Of a stretch of 64,000 nt of DNA, positions 11,783-22,700 are shown piece after piece. The notes beneath the pieces are model-generated. The model worked only from the letters and a program-made list of their open reading frames with translations, ran no database searches and was not told where the DNA came from. Numbering within the stretch: the stretch's first letter is position 1; every line of letters starts with the position of its first letter. The translations under genes were made by a program, and so were the position numbers. This DNA comes from Azolla caroliniana. Lineage: Eukaryota > Plantae > Polypodiophyta. The DNA lies in contig JBHGNT010000006.1 of the NCBI GenBank assembly GCA_043228905.1, positions 22,568,001-22,632,000 of the forward strand. The letters are read 5' to 3'.

Positions 11783-14700
11783 TGTTGGGAAACAGGTCCC
11801 TCCGGATGGGAAGGTAGAAGAACAGTGCCGACGAACAAACTCGGCCGAACCGGTATGAACCGGATGAGGAGTACCCGACTGCGGAGAGCCAGATGAGGAG
11901 TACCTGACTGAGGAGAGTCGGATGGTGTAGGCCCGGTATGAACCGGATGAGGAGTACCCGACTGCGGAGAGCCGGATGAGGAGTACCCGACTGCGGAGAG
12001 CCGGATGGGGAGTACCCGACTGCGGAGAGTCGGATGGAGCCCATCGAGGCTACATTTGTAAATAGCCGAAAAGTCATATTAGTATAAATATGACTTAGGG
12101 CAAACTTGTTGATGTTGTTGTCATTCTTGTTGTTATCCTTCTGTTGTTGTGCAGAAGAAGAAATTAGAGCGCATAACTGTATAGAGAGAGAGAGAGAGAC
12201 GAGGTCGTAGCCTCTGTTGTAACCGCCGCCTGTGGCGAAGATCTGTGAGCACGAGGTCGTTGCCTCAGTGATCTCACTGTATATTTCTACATAGTGACAG
12301 TTTGCAGCTTGTGGGCTGCCGTGGTTTTTCCCCTATTTTGTGGTTTTTTCTACGTATACCTCCTGTGTACCATTTCTTCTCTTCTGTGTCGCGTTTCATT
12401 ACCTGTTTTCTGTGTATGTAAAGAAGCTCGGTTGTGGCCGAGCGTTGGACATAAGGAACGTCGAGTTCTCAACAAGTGGTATCAGAGCAAAAACGACACA
12501 GAAAAATGGACGAATCGTTTGGCGGCATGTTCAAGCTCACCGGCTCCAACTATTCAGTGTGGAAGTCGAAGATGAGGGACATGCTCGTGGTTAAAGACCT
12601 CTGGCTGCCGGTTCAGTTCGGGGACAAGAGACTGGACAAAATCGACGCCGCGATATGGGAGGTGATGCACATGAAGACAACGGCGTACATACGGTGCTTC
12701 ATCGACATGAGCCTGTACAACAACTTCAATGAAGAGAGTAAGGCTCATGAGCTCTGGGAGAAGATCGGCACAATGTTCCAGAACAAAAATGCTGTCAATC
12801 AGGCGTCGGTATTCCGGAAGCTTGTAAGACTCCGGTACCAAGATGGCTCCAGCATGGCGGAGCATATGAATGCCTTCCAGGGGCTGATTCACCAGGCAAC
12901 GTCATTGGAAGTACCTCTTGCCGATGAGGTCCTAGCGCTACTCCTGCTCGGTTCCCTCCCGGATAACTGGGAGACGTTAGTTGTTACTTTGGGCAACGCC
13001 GGGCCGGAAGGAAAACGACTATCCCTAGCAAGAGTAAAGTTGAGCTTGCTAGATGAGGAGGCTCGTCGGAAAGACAAAGATACGAGCTCCGACTCCAAAG
13101 CGCTCCTTACCGAATCGGAACGCGGAAGACATAGAATCCGTAGTCCCCAGAACCGGGAGAAGTCGGGGACACGATCAAAGTCAAGGGGGAGGCCTACTTG
13201 CTTCTATTGCGGCAAGCCGGGACACTTCCAAAAGAATTGTCGGCATTTCCGTAAAGACAAGGAAACCGACGGTACCGATTCGAAGCAAACACCGAACCGA
13301 AACGGTACAGACCGGAACGGTAAAGACCGGAGGGGTCCGGACCGGAAGGGAACGACGGCAATTGCGGCAAGTGAAGAGGAGTTGATGCTCATCACCGAGG
13401 AGAGTGAGATAAACCATGCCGGCGATGAGATGACCTGGGTGGTAGATTCCGGAGCGTCGTTCCACCTTACCCCGGACCGGAAATGCTTCTCATCCTACTC
13501 AGTCGGTGATCACGGCTGTGTCCGGATGGGGAATGAAGGAACATGCCGAATTGTCGGCATAGGAGACGTGTGGCTGACAACACCGACCGGATGCAAGTTG
13601 CTGTTGAAAGATGTCCGACACGTTCCGGAAGTTCGTCTGAACCTGATATCAGCCGGTCGGCTAGATGATGAAGGCTACACGGGTAGCATCCGGAACGGTG
13701 TCATGAAGTTCAGCAAAGGGAGCTTGATTGTGGCTCGGGCCCGGAAGGTAAACACACTGTACCTGATGAATGCCCGGTTATGTCCGGAAGAAGTGAACGT
13801 GGCTTCCGACACTGCCGGTGAGCTGTGGCACAAGAGGCTATGTCACATGAGTGAGAAGGGGATGAAGAGGCTTGGAGACGACAACCTCATTCCAGTGAAG
13901 AACGTGCACTTAGAGAAGTGCACTGATTGTCTGGCCGGTAAGCAGAACCGGACCTCCTTCTGACCAAGGCCACCGATGAGACGTAATGCACCACTGGAGT
14001 TGGTGCATACGGATGTTTGTCAAGTAGACACGAAGTCACATGCCGGAGCGCAGTACTTCGTGACGTTCATAGATGACCACAGCCGGAAGCTGTGGGCCAC
14101 ACCGCTGAAGACGAAGGATCAGGTGTTATCCGTCTTCAAAGAGCTCCATGCGAGAGTGGAAAGAGAAACCGGCCGGAAGCTGAAGGCGGTTCGAGCAGAT
14201 AACGGAGGTGAGTACCGGGGGCAGTTCGAGGAGTACTGCCGCTCGAAGGGAATCCGGCTCGAATTTACCGTGCCGAAGACGCCGGAACTAAACGGACTGG
14301 CCGAGAGGATGAACCGGACCATAATGGAGAGGGTCCGGAGTATGCTAGTGCATGCAAAACTACCCAAGAAGTTTTGGGCTGAGGCACTGTCGACGGCGAC
14401 ATATGTGATAAACAGATCACCCTCAGTACCCTTGGACGGAGACACGCCACAGAGAGTATGGACCGGTAAGGAAGTGTCCTACCGGCATCTGAGGGTGTTC
14501 GGGTGTCTCGCGTACGTGCATGTAGCAAAGGACCGGAGAGGTAAGCTAGATCCAAAGACCCGGCCATGCATATTCCTCGGTTACGGTGACGACGAGTTCG
14601 GCTACCGAGTGTGGGACCCGGTCGACAAGAAGGTATTCCGGAGTCGAGATATTATCTTCATGGAGGACAAGACGCTCGCCGACTGGGAGTCGGAGAAGAA

Positions 14701-17269
14701 GATAGTGAACTCCGAGTCGACCGGTGAGGATAGACTCTACAATGAGCAGACCCAACCGGCAAGAGACCGGTTAGCACTCGAGGAACCAGCCGGTTACGGT
14801 GAGGATACCGAACCGGCAGAAGGAGAAGCAGAAGAAGTTGAGACCGGAACCGGTCAAGATCCCGAATCGGATTCGGATGAAGAGCAAATGGAGGAACCGA
14901 TTACCGAAGCCCGAAGACGTAGATATCCTCTCAGAGAGAGAAGGGCGCCCCGGAGATTTCCGGATGCAGAGCATGTCCTGCTGACCGATGAGGGGGAGCC
15001 GGAAAGCTTCGAAGAAGCGAAGGTTGACACCCACAGCCGAAAATGGTTAAGTGCCATGCAGGATGAGATGGATTCCCTGCATGAGAACCATACGTACGAA
15101 TTGGTGGAGCTGCCGAAAGGAAAGCGGGCACTCCGAAACAAGTGGGTATTCAAGTTGAAACCGGGAGATGCCGGCAACCCCCCGAGATACAAAGCCAGGA
15201 TCGTGGTGAAGGGGTTCCAGCAGAAGAAGGGCGTGGACTTCGACGAAATATTCGCCCCGGTTGTAAAGATGACCTCCATCCGGACAGTGCTGAGTATAGC
15301 AGCAAGCATGGATCTCGAGGTAGAGCAGTTGGACGTGAAGACGGCATTCCTTCACGGCGACCTCGAAGAGGAGATCTACATGCAGCAACCGGAAGGATTT
15401 GTGGAGAAAGGGAAGGAGCACCTGGTATGCCGGTTGAAGAAGAGCCTATACGGACTGAAGCAGGCTCCCCGGCAATGGTACCGGAAGTTCGACTCCTTCA
15501 TGACCGATCAAGGGTACCGCAAGACGCAGGCCGATCACTGCGTGTTTGTGAAGAAGTTCGAAGGAGGGGACTTCCTGATACTCCTCCTGTACGTGGATGA
15601 CATGTTGATCGTCGGACGAGACCAAGGAAAAATACGGATGCTGAAGAAGGCTCTCAACCGTACCTTCTCAATGAAGGACTTGGGTCCGGCAAGACAGATG
15701 TTGGGGATGCACATCATTCGGGACCGGTCAGTGAAGCAACTATGGCTATCACAGGAGAAGTATGTGACAAAGGTGCTTCACCGGTTCAACATGTCAGATG
15801 CAAAACCGGTCGGATCGACACTTCCGGCAAATTGCAAGTTGTCCGGCAAGCAAAGCCCGAAGACAAAAGGAGAGAAGGCAGATATGATGAAGATTCCATA
15901 TGCCTCCGCCGTCGGGAGCTTGATGTACGCAATGGTTTGTACCCGACCGGACATTGGATACGCAGTCAGAGTGGTGAGCCGGTTTACGAGCAATCCCGGC
16001 AAGGAGCATTGGAACGCGGTCAAGTGGATACTCCGGTATTTGAAGGGCACTTCAAATATGTGTCTCCGATTGGGCTCCGGAAAACCTCAACTGGACGGTT
16101 TCACCGATTCGGACATGTCGGCTGATGTGGATACCAGCCGATCTACATCCGGGTATGTGATGACATATGCAGGGGGAGCTGTTTCGTGGCAGTCGAGGCT
16201 GCAGAAGACGGTTGCATTGTCAACCACAGAGGCGGAGTACATGGCGGCGGTAGAAGCCGGCAAGGAAATATTGTGGATGAAGGACTTCATCGGAGAGCTC
16301 GGTATCCGGCAAGAGGAATACCGACTCTACTGCGACAGTCAAAGTGCCATCCACCTTGCTAAGAATGCGGCCTACCATTCCCGGACGAAGCATATCCAGC
16401 GGAGGTATCACTGGATCCGGGAAAGGGTAGATGACCAGGAGTTCGCACTGACGAAGATCCACACGGCCGAGAACGGGTCAGATATGCTGACCAAAGTGCT
16501 GACACCCGACAAGCTGGACGCATGCCGGAAGAGGATCGGGCTGAAAAGATACCCCATGCCGGAGTGAAGGGGGAGTTTGTTGGGAAACAGGTCTTTCCGG
16601 ATGGGAAGGTAGAAGAACAGTGCCGACGAACAAACTCGGCCGAACCGGTATGAACCGGATGAGGAGTACCCGACTGAGGAGAGTCGGATGGTGTAGGCCC
16701 GGTATGAACCGGATGAGGAGTACCCGACTGCGGAGAGCCGGATGAGGAGTACCCGACTGCGGAGAGCCGGATGAGGAGTACCCGACTGCGGAGAGCCGGA
16801 TGGGGAGTACCCGACTGCGAAGAGTCGGATGGAGCCCATCGAGGATACATTTGTAAATAGCCGAAAAGTCATATTAGTATAAATATGACTTAGGGCAAAC
16901 TTGTTGATGTTGTTGTCATTCTTGTTGTTATCCTTCTGTTGTTGTGCAGAAGAAGAAATTAGAGCGCGTAACTGTATAGAGAGAGAGAGAGAGACGAGGT
17001 CGTAGCCTCTGTTGTAACCGCCGCCTGTGGCGAAGATCTGTGAGCACGAGGTCGTTGCCTCAGTGATCTCACTGTATATTTCTACATAGTGACAGTTTGC
17101 AGCTTGTGGGCTGCCGTGGTTTTTCCCCTATTTTGGGGTTTTTTCCACGTATACCTCCTGTGTACCATTTCTTCTCTTCTGTGTCGCGTTTCATTACCTG
17201 TTTTCTGTGTATGTAAAGAAGCTCGGTTGTGGCCGAGCGTTGGACATAAGGAACGTCGAGTTCTCAACA
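11783..17269 (+). mobile_element. Full-length Ty1/copia LTR retrotransposon (Tnt1/Tork-like), recent insertion
   Basis: 692-bp LTRs at 11783-12474 and 16578-17269 (TG...CA). 5-bp TSD TCAAC. PBS TGGTATCAGAGC (tRNA-iMet) at 12477. PPT GAAGGGGGAG before the 3' LTR. Domain order gag-PR-INT-RT-RH. Confidence 0.98.
12506..16567 (+). pseudogene. copia gag-pol polyprotein with a single in-frame TGA at 13961-13963
   Basis: ORFs 12476-13963 and 13976-16567 are in the same frame. Motifs: CFYCGKPGHFQKNC knuckle, WVVDSGAS protease, HTD...DNGGE...E integrase, LLYVDDML RT, ADVD...TEAEY RNase H. Confidence 0.93.
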
Positions 17270-17329
17270 TCAACTCTCGTAATAGTAACTTGTTAAGCAA
17301 CTTGTTATGAGTCGACAAATAGGTGGAAT

Positions 17330-17900
17330 CTATACTATGAGTTTAGGTTTCAAGAGGGTTGGAATAGTTATAATATGTTTGAGATAATTGCAACCAAAGT
17401 GATAATCAAGGATGGGAAGTGAGGTTGATGTCATCAATGCTATGATGGTTGGCGTGTTGCTTCATGGAGTGGAAGTGTGGGGTGGCACTATCTCACTTAG
17501 TGCCTTGAATGAAATAGACAAAATCCGGCAATTGTTCTTATGTAGACAATTGGGGCTAAAATATTCAATATCATATTCTATCATGCTAATAGAAATAGGT
17601 TCTCAACCCATCGAGGTACAAACCATGCAAAGAATATACAAATATATCGCAAAAGTCAAGAATATGCCCAATTGCATATTTCCAAAACAAGCTTGAAACA
17701 TAGAATGCAATGTACAAAATCCTCTCATTTTGTTGGGCACTAAACATTATGAAATGGTTTAAAAGATATATTAGAACTCTTAATTGATGTTATGAAGTAT
17801 GTGATCATCGAGGATAGAATACTAGAGGCCGTAAGGATGAAGTGGCAAGATGTTAAAATTCAAAACTAGAAGATTACATTGCAAATGTTAACACCTATAA
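17330..17900 (+). mobile_element. Decayed non-LTR retrotransposon (LINE) ORF2 3' fragment
   Basis: LLHGVEVWG...IDKIRQLFLCRQLG...IEIG resembles the post-RT thumb region of LINEs. Frames are broken. Confidence 0.6.
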
Positions 17901-18322
17901 AACGTAAAAACACTAGAAAACTTGCAAATTTCGAAATATTACATTGCAAATGTTAACCCCCAATACAACATAAGCTATAAAAATGCCAAAATGTTAGACA
18001 AGTGTGATAATGTAAGTGTCATACTCAAATAACCATCAAGAAGAGTGAGCACATATATGTGTGATTATTTTCATCGAGAGACTTTTTACTATAGAGTAGT
18101 AACCCCACTTCTTAGGATGAAGTTCCATACAAAATTATATGTTTAATTGGTCTCATAACTCACAATTGGCCTCATTGTGAACAATAAAAAATTATTCTAT
18201 TCTATTGTTGTGCATCTAGGCAGGGTGGGGTGGTGCTCAACCTTCATTGCATCTTTTGTAGCCACTCATAGGAAACTTCCCTAACGAAGACCTAAGAAGG
18301 TCATGTGTACTTTGCCATGCTC

Positions 18323-18832
18323 TGACAAGAATATGCGGAATAATCTTCGGCCACAACCGAGACTTAGATCACTTAATGATAATCAAACACAGAAGAAATG
18401 AGAAATGGAAGTAAGTACACAAACAGAAGAGAATGCACAGGATGTTAACGTGGAAAACCCTAAGCGGGAAAAACCACGGGAGCCCACAGACTCCGAACTA
18501 TCACTGTGTAAGGAGAATACAACAGGGGAACACAGAGGCAACGACCTCGTGCTCACAATCTTCGCCTAGCGGCGGTTACAACAGAGACTCACTCTGTTTC
18601 TCTCTCTCTCTCTCTCTCTCTGTTATGCTCAATGACTCTATACAAAATAATGACAACACACAACAACTATTGTTTGCCCTAGGTCATATTTATATTAATA
18701 TGACTTTCGGGCTATTTACAAATATAGTCCATGTGGGCTCTTTGGAACATATTTACATATATGTCCCTTCATTCGGTGAGAGGTTCTCACCGGGCCTTCA
18801 TCATCCCATCCGGAGGGACCGAAATCCTAACA
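18323..18832 (-). mobile_element. Solo LTR related to the 11783 copia LTR
   Basis: TG...CA ends, 5-bp TSD TGCTC. Shares ggtccctccggatggga, ttgtaaatagcccgaaagtcatatt and ctctgttgtaaccgccgc blocks. Confidence 0.9.
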
Positions 18833-19382
18833 TGCTCTAATTGGATTATGGAGGGTAGCTAAAGGCATGCTAGCTTTAGGGATCCCATTTGTTTCATGCT
18901 TGTTAAGGAGGACAATCTCTTGGTGCTCTACCAATTGAAAAGGTATGCATGAGACCTCGAAAATAGTCAATGCCTCCTCGATATCTTGGGTGTTCGGGTT
19001 GATGCATCATAATCACTTTGTTACGTGGACAAAGTTTGCATATAGTGTAAACTTAATCTTGTAGGACAAATGCATTTTATGCTTAATTGCATAGCCACTC
19101 AAAAAATCCCTCTCTTGATTGATGCGACAAGGATGGACACTTAGTCTGTGTTATTTGCTATTGTCTCACATCTTTTGTTTATAATGTTATTATCTCTTAC
19201 AAAATGTAATGATAGTATGGGTTTTGCATTTTCCTTCTAGACGACAATTAGTAGCACAAACATTAGTTAATGATTCCTTATGTGCTTAGAAACCTCAAAA
19301 GAAAATCTTGAAAAGAGTATGTTGTCATGGTTGTGGCCAAGAACAAGATCAAATTGAATAAGAGAACAAGAAGAGGGAAGAG

Positions 19383-19427
<45 letters not shown>

Positions 19428-19430
19428 CCC

Positions 19431-19705
19431 AGATGGATGTAGCTCAGTTGGTAAGGTTGCCCAATGGAGACCAGGTGGTCATGGGTTCAACCCCTATATT
19501 TCACAGTGGCATCTATTGAAATAGAGATATGAAGTATATAATAGAGAGGTGAGGAAATTGGGTTTCAAACCCAAGACACGGTGGTGCTTGTAGTGTTATC
19601 AACTTACCACTAGGGTAAGCTAATTACAATAAAAAAGAAAGAAAGAAAGAAAACTAATTACGATAAAAAAATAAAATAAAGAGAGAGAGAGAGAGAGAGA
19701 TTGAC
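19431..19705. mobile_element. tRNA-derived dispersed repeat (SINE-like) beside (AG)n
   Basis: Box A TAGCTCAGTTGG and box B GGTTCAACCC, plus a second A/B-like unit on the minus strand at ~19552-19622. Homologous copy at ~27801-28015. Confidence 0.65.
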
Positions 19706-19724
19706 CAAAATACTTCCAACAGTA

Positions 19725-22700
19725 ACTAAGTTACAAGGGGTTGGTTTAAATAACAACTAAGCTAGGGTAAGTGCCCTTTCTACTATTTACAAAACTAGCA
19801 TGGTATGTCCATGAGCTAGTGTGAAACCTATTACTATGGGAAGGTGATTTTGATTCTCAACACGCCACTTCGAACACAACTTCCATCTGTCGAAAAGTTG
19901 TTTTGGTTTGGTCTTCGAAATTTGGCTTCCGGCGTTCGTAATCCTCGAACTGGATTGTTCGGCTTTTCGGCGTCGTGCTCGGTTCGATTAACTATGTGTT
20001 GCATACTCACATATTGTATCATGTTGCGTACTCAATCAATTTCGTACAGTGCGCGTGTTGCCTGCAGTACTCCCCCTCAAGCTTGGCAATGTGGATGTCG
20101 TGAGACCAAGGTCCGATGCAAATTGCCCGAGCTTGTTGACTCCTAAGGCCTTCGTAAAAATATCAGCAATCTGGAGGTGCGTACTGATATGTTGTAGATC
20201 CATTTCTTTGTCCTGTACGCGCTCGTAGATGAAGTGGTAGTGCACTTTGATGTGTTCGGTCCGCACGTGGAAGATGGGGTTCCGAGCGAGGTACATGTTG
20301 CTCATGTTGTTGCAGAAGAGGCGAATTGGATCCGTAATGGGAACACCCAGATCCTTCAGTATGCGCTTGAGCCATACGGCTTTGCATGCGGCGACTGTCG
20401 TGCCCCTGTATTCGGCTTCCGTGCTCGACAATGCGACTGTCGGCTGCTTCTTAGTGTTCTAGGAGATCGCTTTGCTGCCAAGGGAGAAGACGAATCCGGA
20501 TGTGGATCTTCTATCTGCTTTGTATCCTGCCCAGTCCGCATTTGTGTATCCTTCGAGTCAAATGGCCGTATTTGACTTATACATAATGTCGTAATCCATC
20601 GTAGTACTGTCATACCGGAATATCCTCTTAGCGCAATCGAGATGAAGGTTTCGCGGATTCTGCATGAATTAGCTAAGTAGGTTGACCGAATAACTGAGAT
20701 CAGGTTGCGTAATGGTGAGATAGATTAAGCTACCGATCAGTTGACGATATTCAGTTGACTCACACACGGTTGTTCCGGAATCGACATCCATCTTGAGATT
20801 ACGATCGAGAGGGGTGGACACAGGTTTGCATTCGGTCATTTTGAACTTGTAGAGCAAGTTGAGAACGTAGTGCCGTTGAGAGATCATTATTCCGATTGGT
20901 GTCCGAATTACTTCAATGCCTAGGAAGTAATGAAGCTCGTGCAGGTCTTTCATTTTGAATCTGCCGGAGAGAAGTGATTTGACTTTGTTAATCTCGGCGA
21001 GATCCTTTCCTTCAATGATCAAATCATCCACGTAAAGGATGATGACAATCGGGCTATCCGACTTGTTGTTTCGGATATATAGGGAAGTATTGGATTTTGA
21101 CATTCGAAATCTGATCTGATGAAGATACTGCGTAATCTTCGAGTGCCACACACGGGGTGCTTGTTTGAGGCCGTATAGTGGCTTCTTGAGGCGGCATACG
21201 GCGTGCGGATGACTACGCGATTCAAATCCAGGTGGTTGAATCATATATACTTCCTCTTCTAGTTCTCCTTGGAGGAGGGCGTTTTTCACGTCCATCTAGT
21301 GGAGGTGCCACCCTTTTGCTGCTGCAAGAGCAATTATGGTCTGCACAGTGGTCATCTTTGCCATCGGGGCAAAGGTCTCTTCGTAGTCTACGCCGTGCGT
21401 TTGCGCGTATCCTTTTGCAACGAGCCGTGCTTTGAAGTGATTTACGGAGCCGTCAACATTGTGTTTGACTTTGTAAATCCATCGACAACCAATCGCTTTC
21501 TTGTGCGGCGTGTGAGGGATGAGATCCCATGTCTCATTTTTGCATAACGCATCCATTTCCTCATTCATCGCATCGACCCATCGCGGAAGATTAAATGATA
21601 TGTGTGTGAGAGGAAGAGAGAGAGAGAGATACACTTATGAACAACACAAGATGGGGGATGAGTAAGTATATTAAATTAGCATTAAGCTGCATTATCATCA
21701 TCATCATCATCAAATACAAAAATACCATCAATGAGGTATATATAGATCTCATGTGCAAGAGTGCACATGTGTGAGTATAATATAGGTACAAAAGTGTAAG
21801 TCCTATATTAAATGTACTTAGGAGTGGAGGATCTAGAATCCTATTTAAGACGTTATAGTCAACACTTCTAACTAGATTCTATCTAGGTAACTACAAAGTT
21901 ACATAGTTGACTAACTAACTAAACTAAGTTGAGCTTGATCTCTCAACACGCCCCATCAAGCTCAAGTACGGGGCATCCGATGTTCGGTTTGGCTTTCGAC
22001 GTTCGGTTCTTCGATTCGGTTGAATCGGCTTTGGGTTTGGGTGGCCGGTATTGTTTCTTTCGACGTTGACGTTTTTGTGGCAATTTTGGTTCCTCCCCCT
22101 CAAGCTTGTGATGAAGGCTTGTCGTGCGAAATTGGCTGATTGCTTGCACCCATCGTGGGTTACAAGCCACTTCTGTAGAGCTCTCAAGCTCTTGTTCGGT
22201 CGCTACCTTCATCGCGAAGGTGTAATGATGGGCCATATACTCGTTGTAGCCGAGCCGAGTGACGAGATTCTTCTCTCTAGAAGAGCGTCGAAGTTTTTCG
22301 CTTGCCGATGTGAGCGCCTTCTTTACTCCGGGTGTACGCATGATGGGTACACCAAACTCATTGTCTAGTGAGGGAGCCGATCCATCCGAATCATTGTCGT
22401 CGGGGTGGTCGACTTCGTATTTGGGCATCTTACCTTTGCCTTTGTCCAAGTTCGTACTTGACCGCGACGTGCTTGGGTCGCGTGGGGGCTCTTGTGGCCC
22501 ATTAGGCCTTGCCGTAATCAGACTTTCTTTGAACATGTGTTCGAAGCAATCTCCATCTTCTACCTCTTGTTCGACGGATTCCGGGTCAAGCGGAGTCGGA
22601 GTCGAAGTTGTCTCTGGTGGGTGCCAGGATGTGGACTCGTCGAAGACTATATCTCGACTTACCCGAACCGCTCGGGTAGAAGGGTTGTAGCACTTGTATG

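Noticed and set aside
11850-12040. Regular 29-bp repeats resembling a CRISPR array
   Set aside because: The units are head-to-tail without unique spacers, lie inside LTR U3 in a eukaryotic context, and there are no cas genes.
13961-13969. Programmed stop-codon readthrough in gag-pol
   Set aside because: The stop is inside the integrase N-terminal region rather than at the gag/pol boundary, lacks a CARYYA context, and is simply explained by CGA>TGA.
19431-19505. Functional tRNA gene
   Set aside because: A and B boxes and a T-arm are present, but there is no convincing acceptor or anticodon stem, and a diverged second copy marks it as a repeat.
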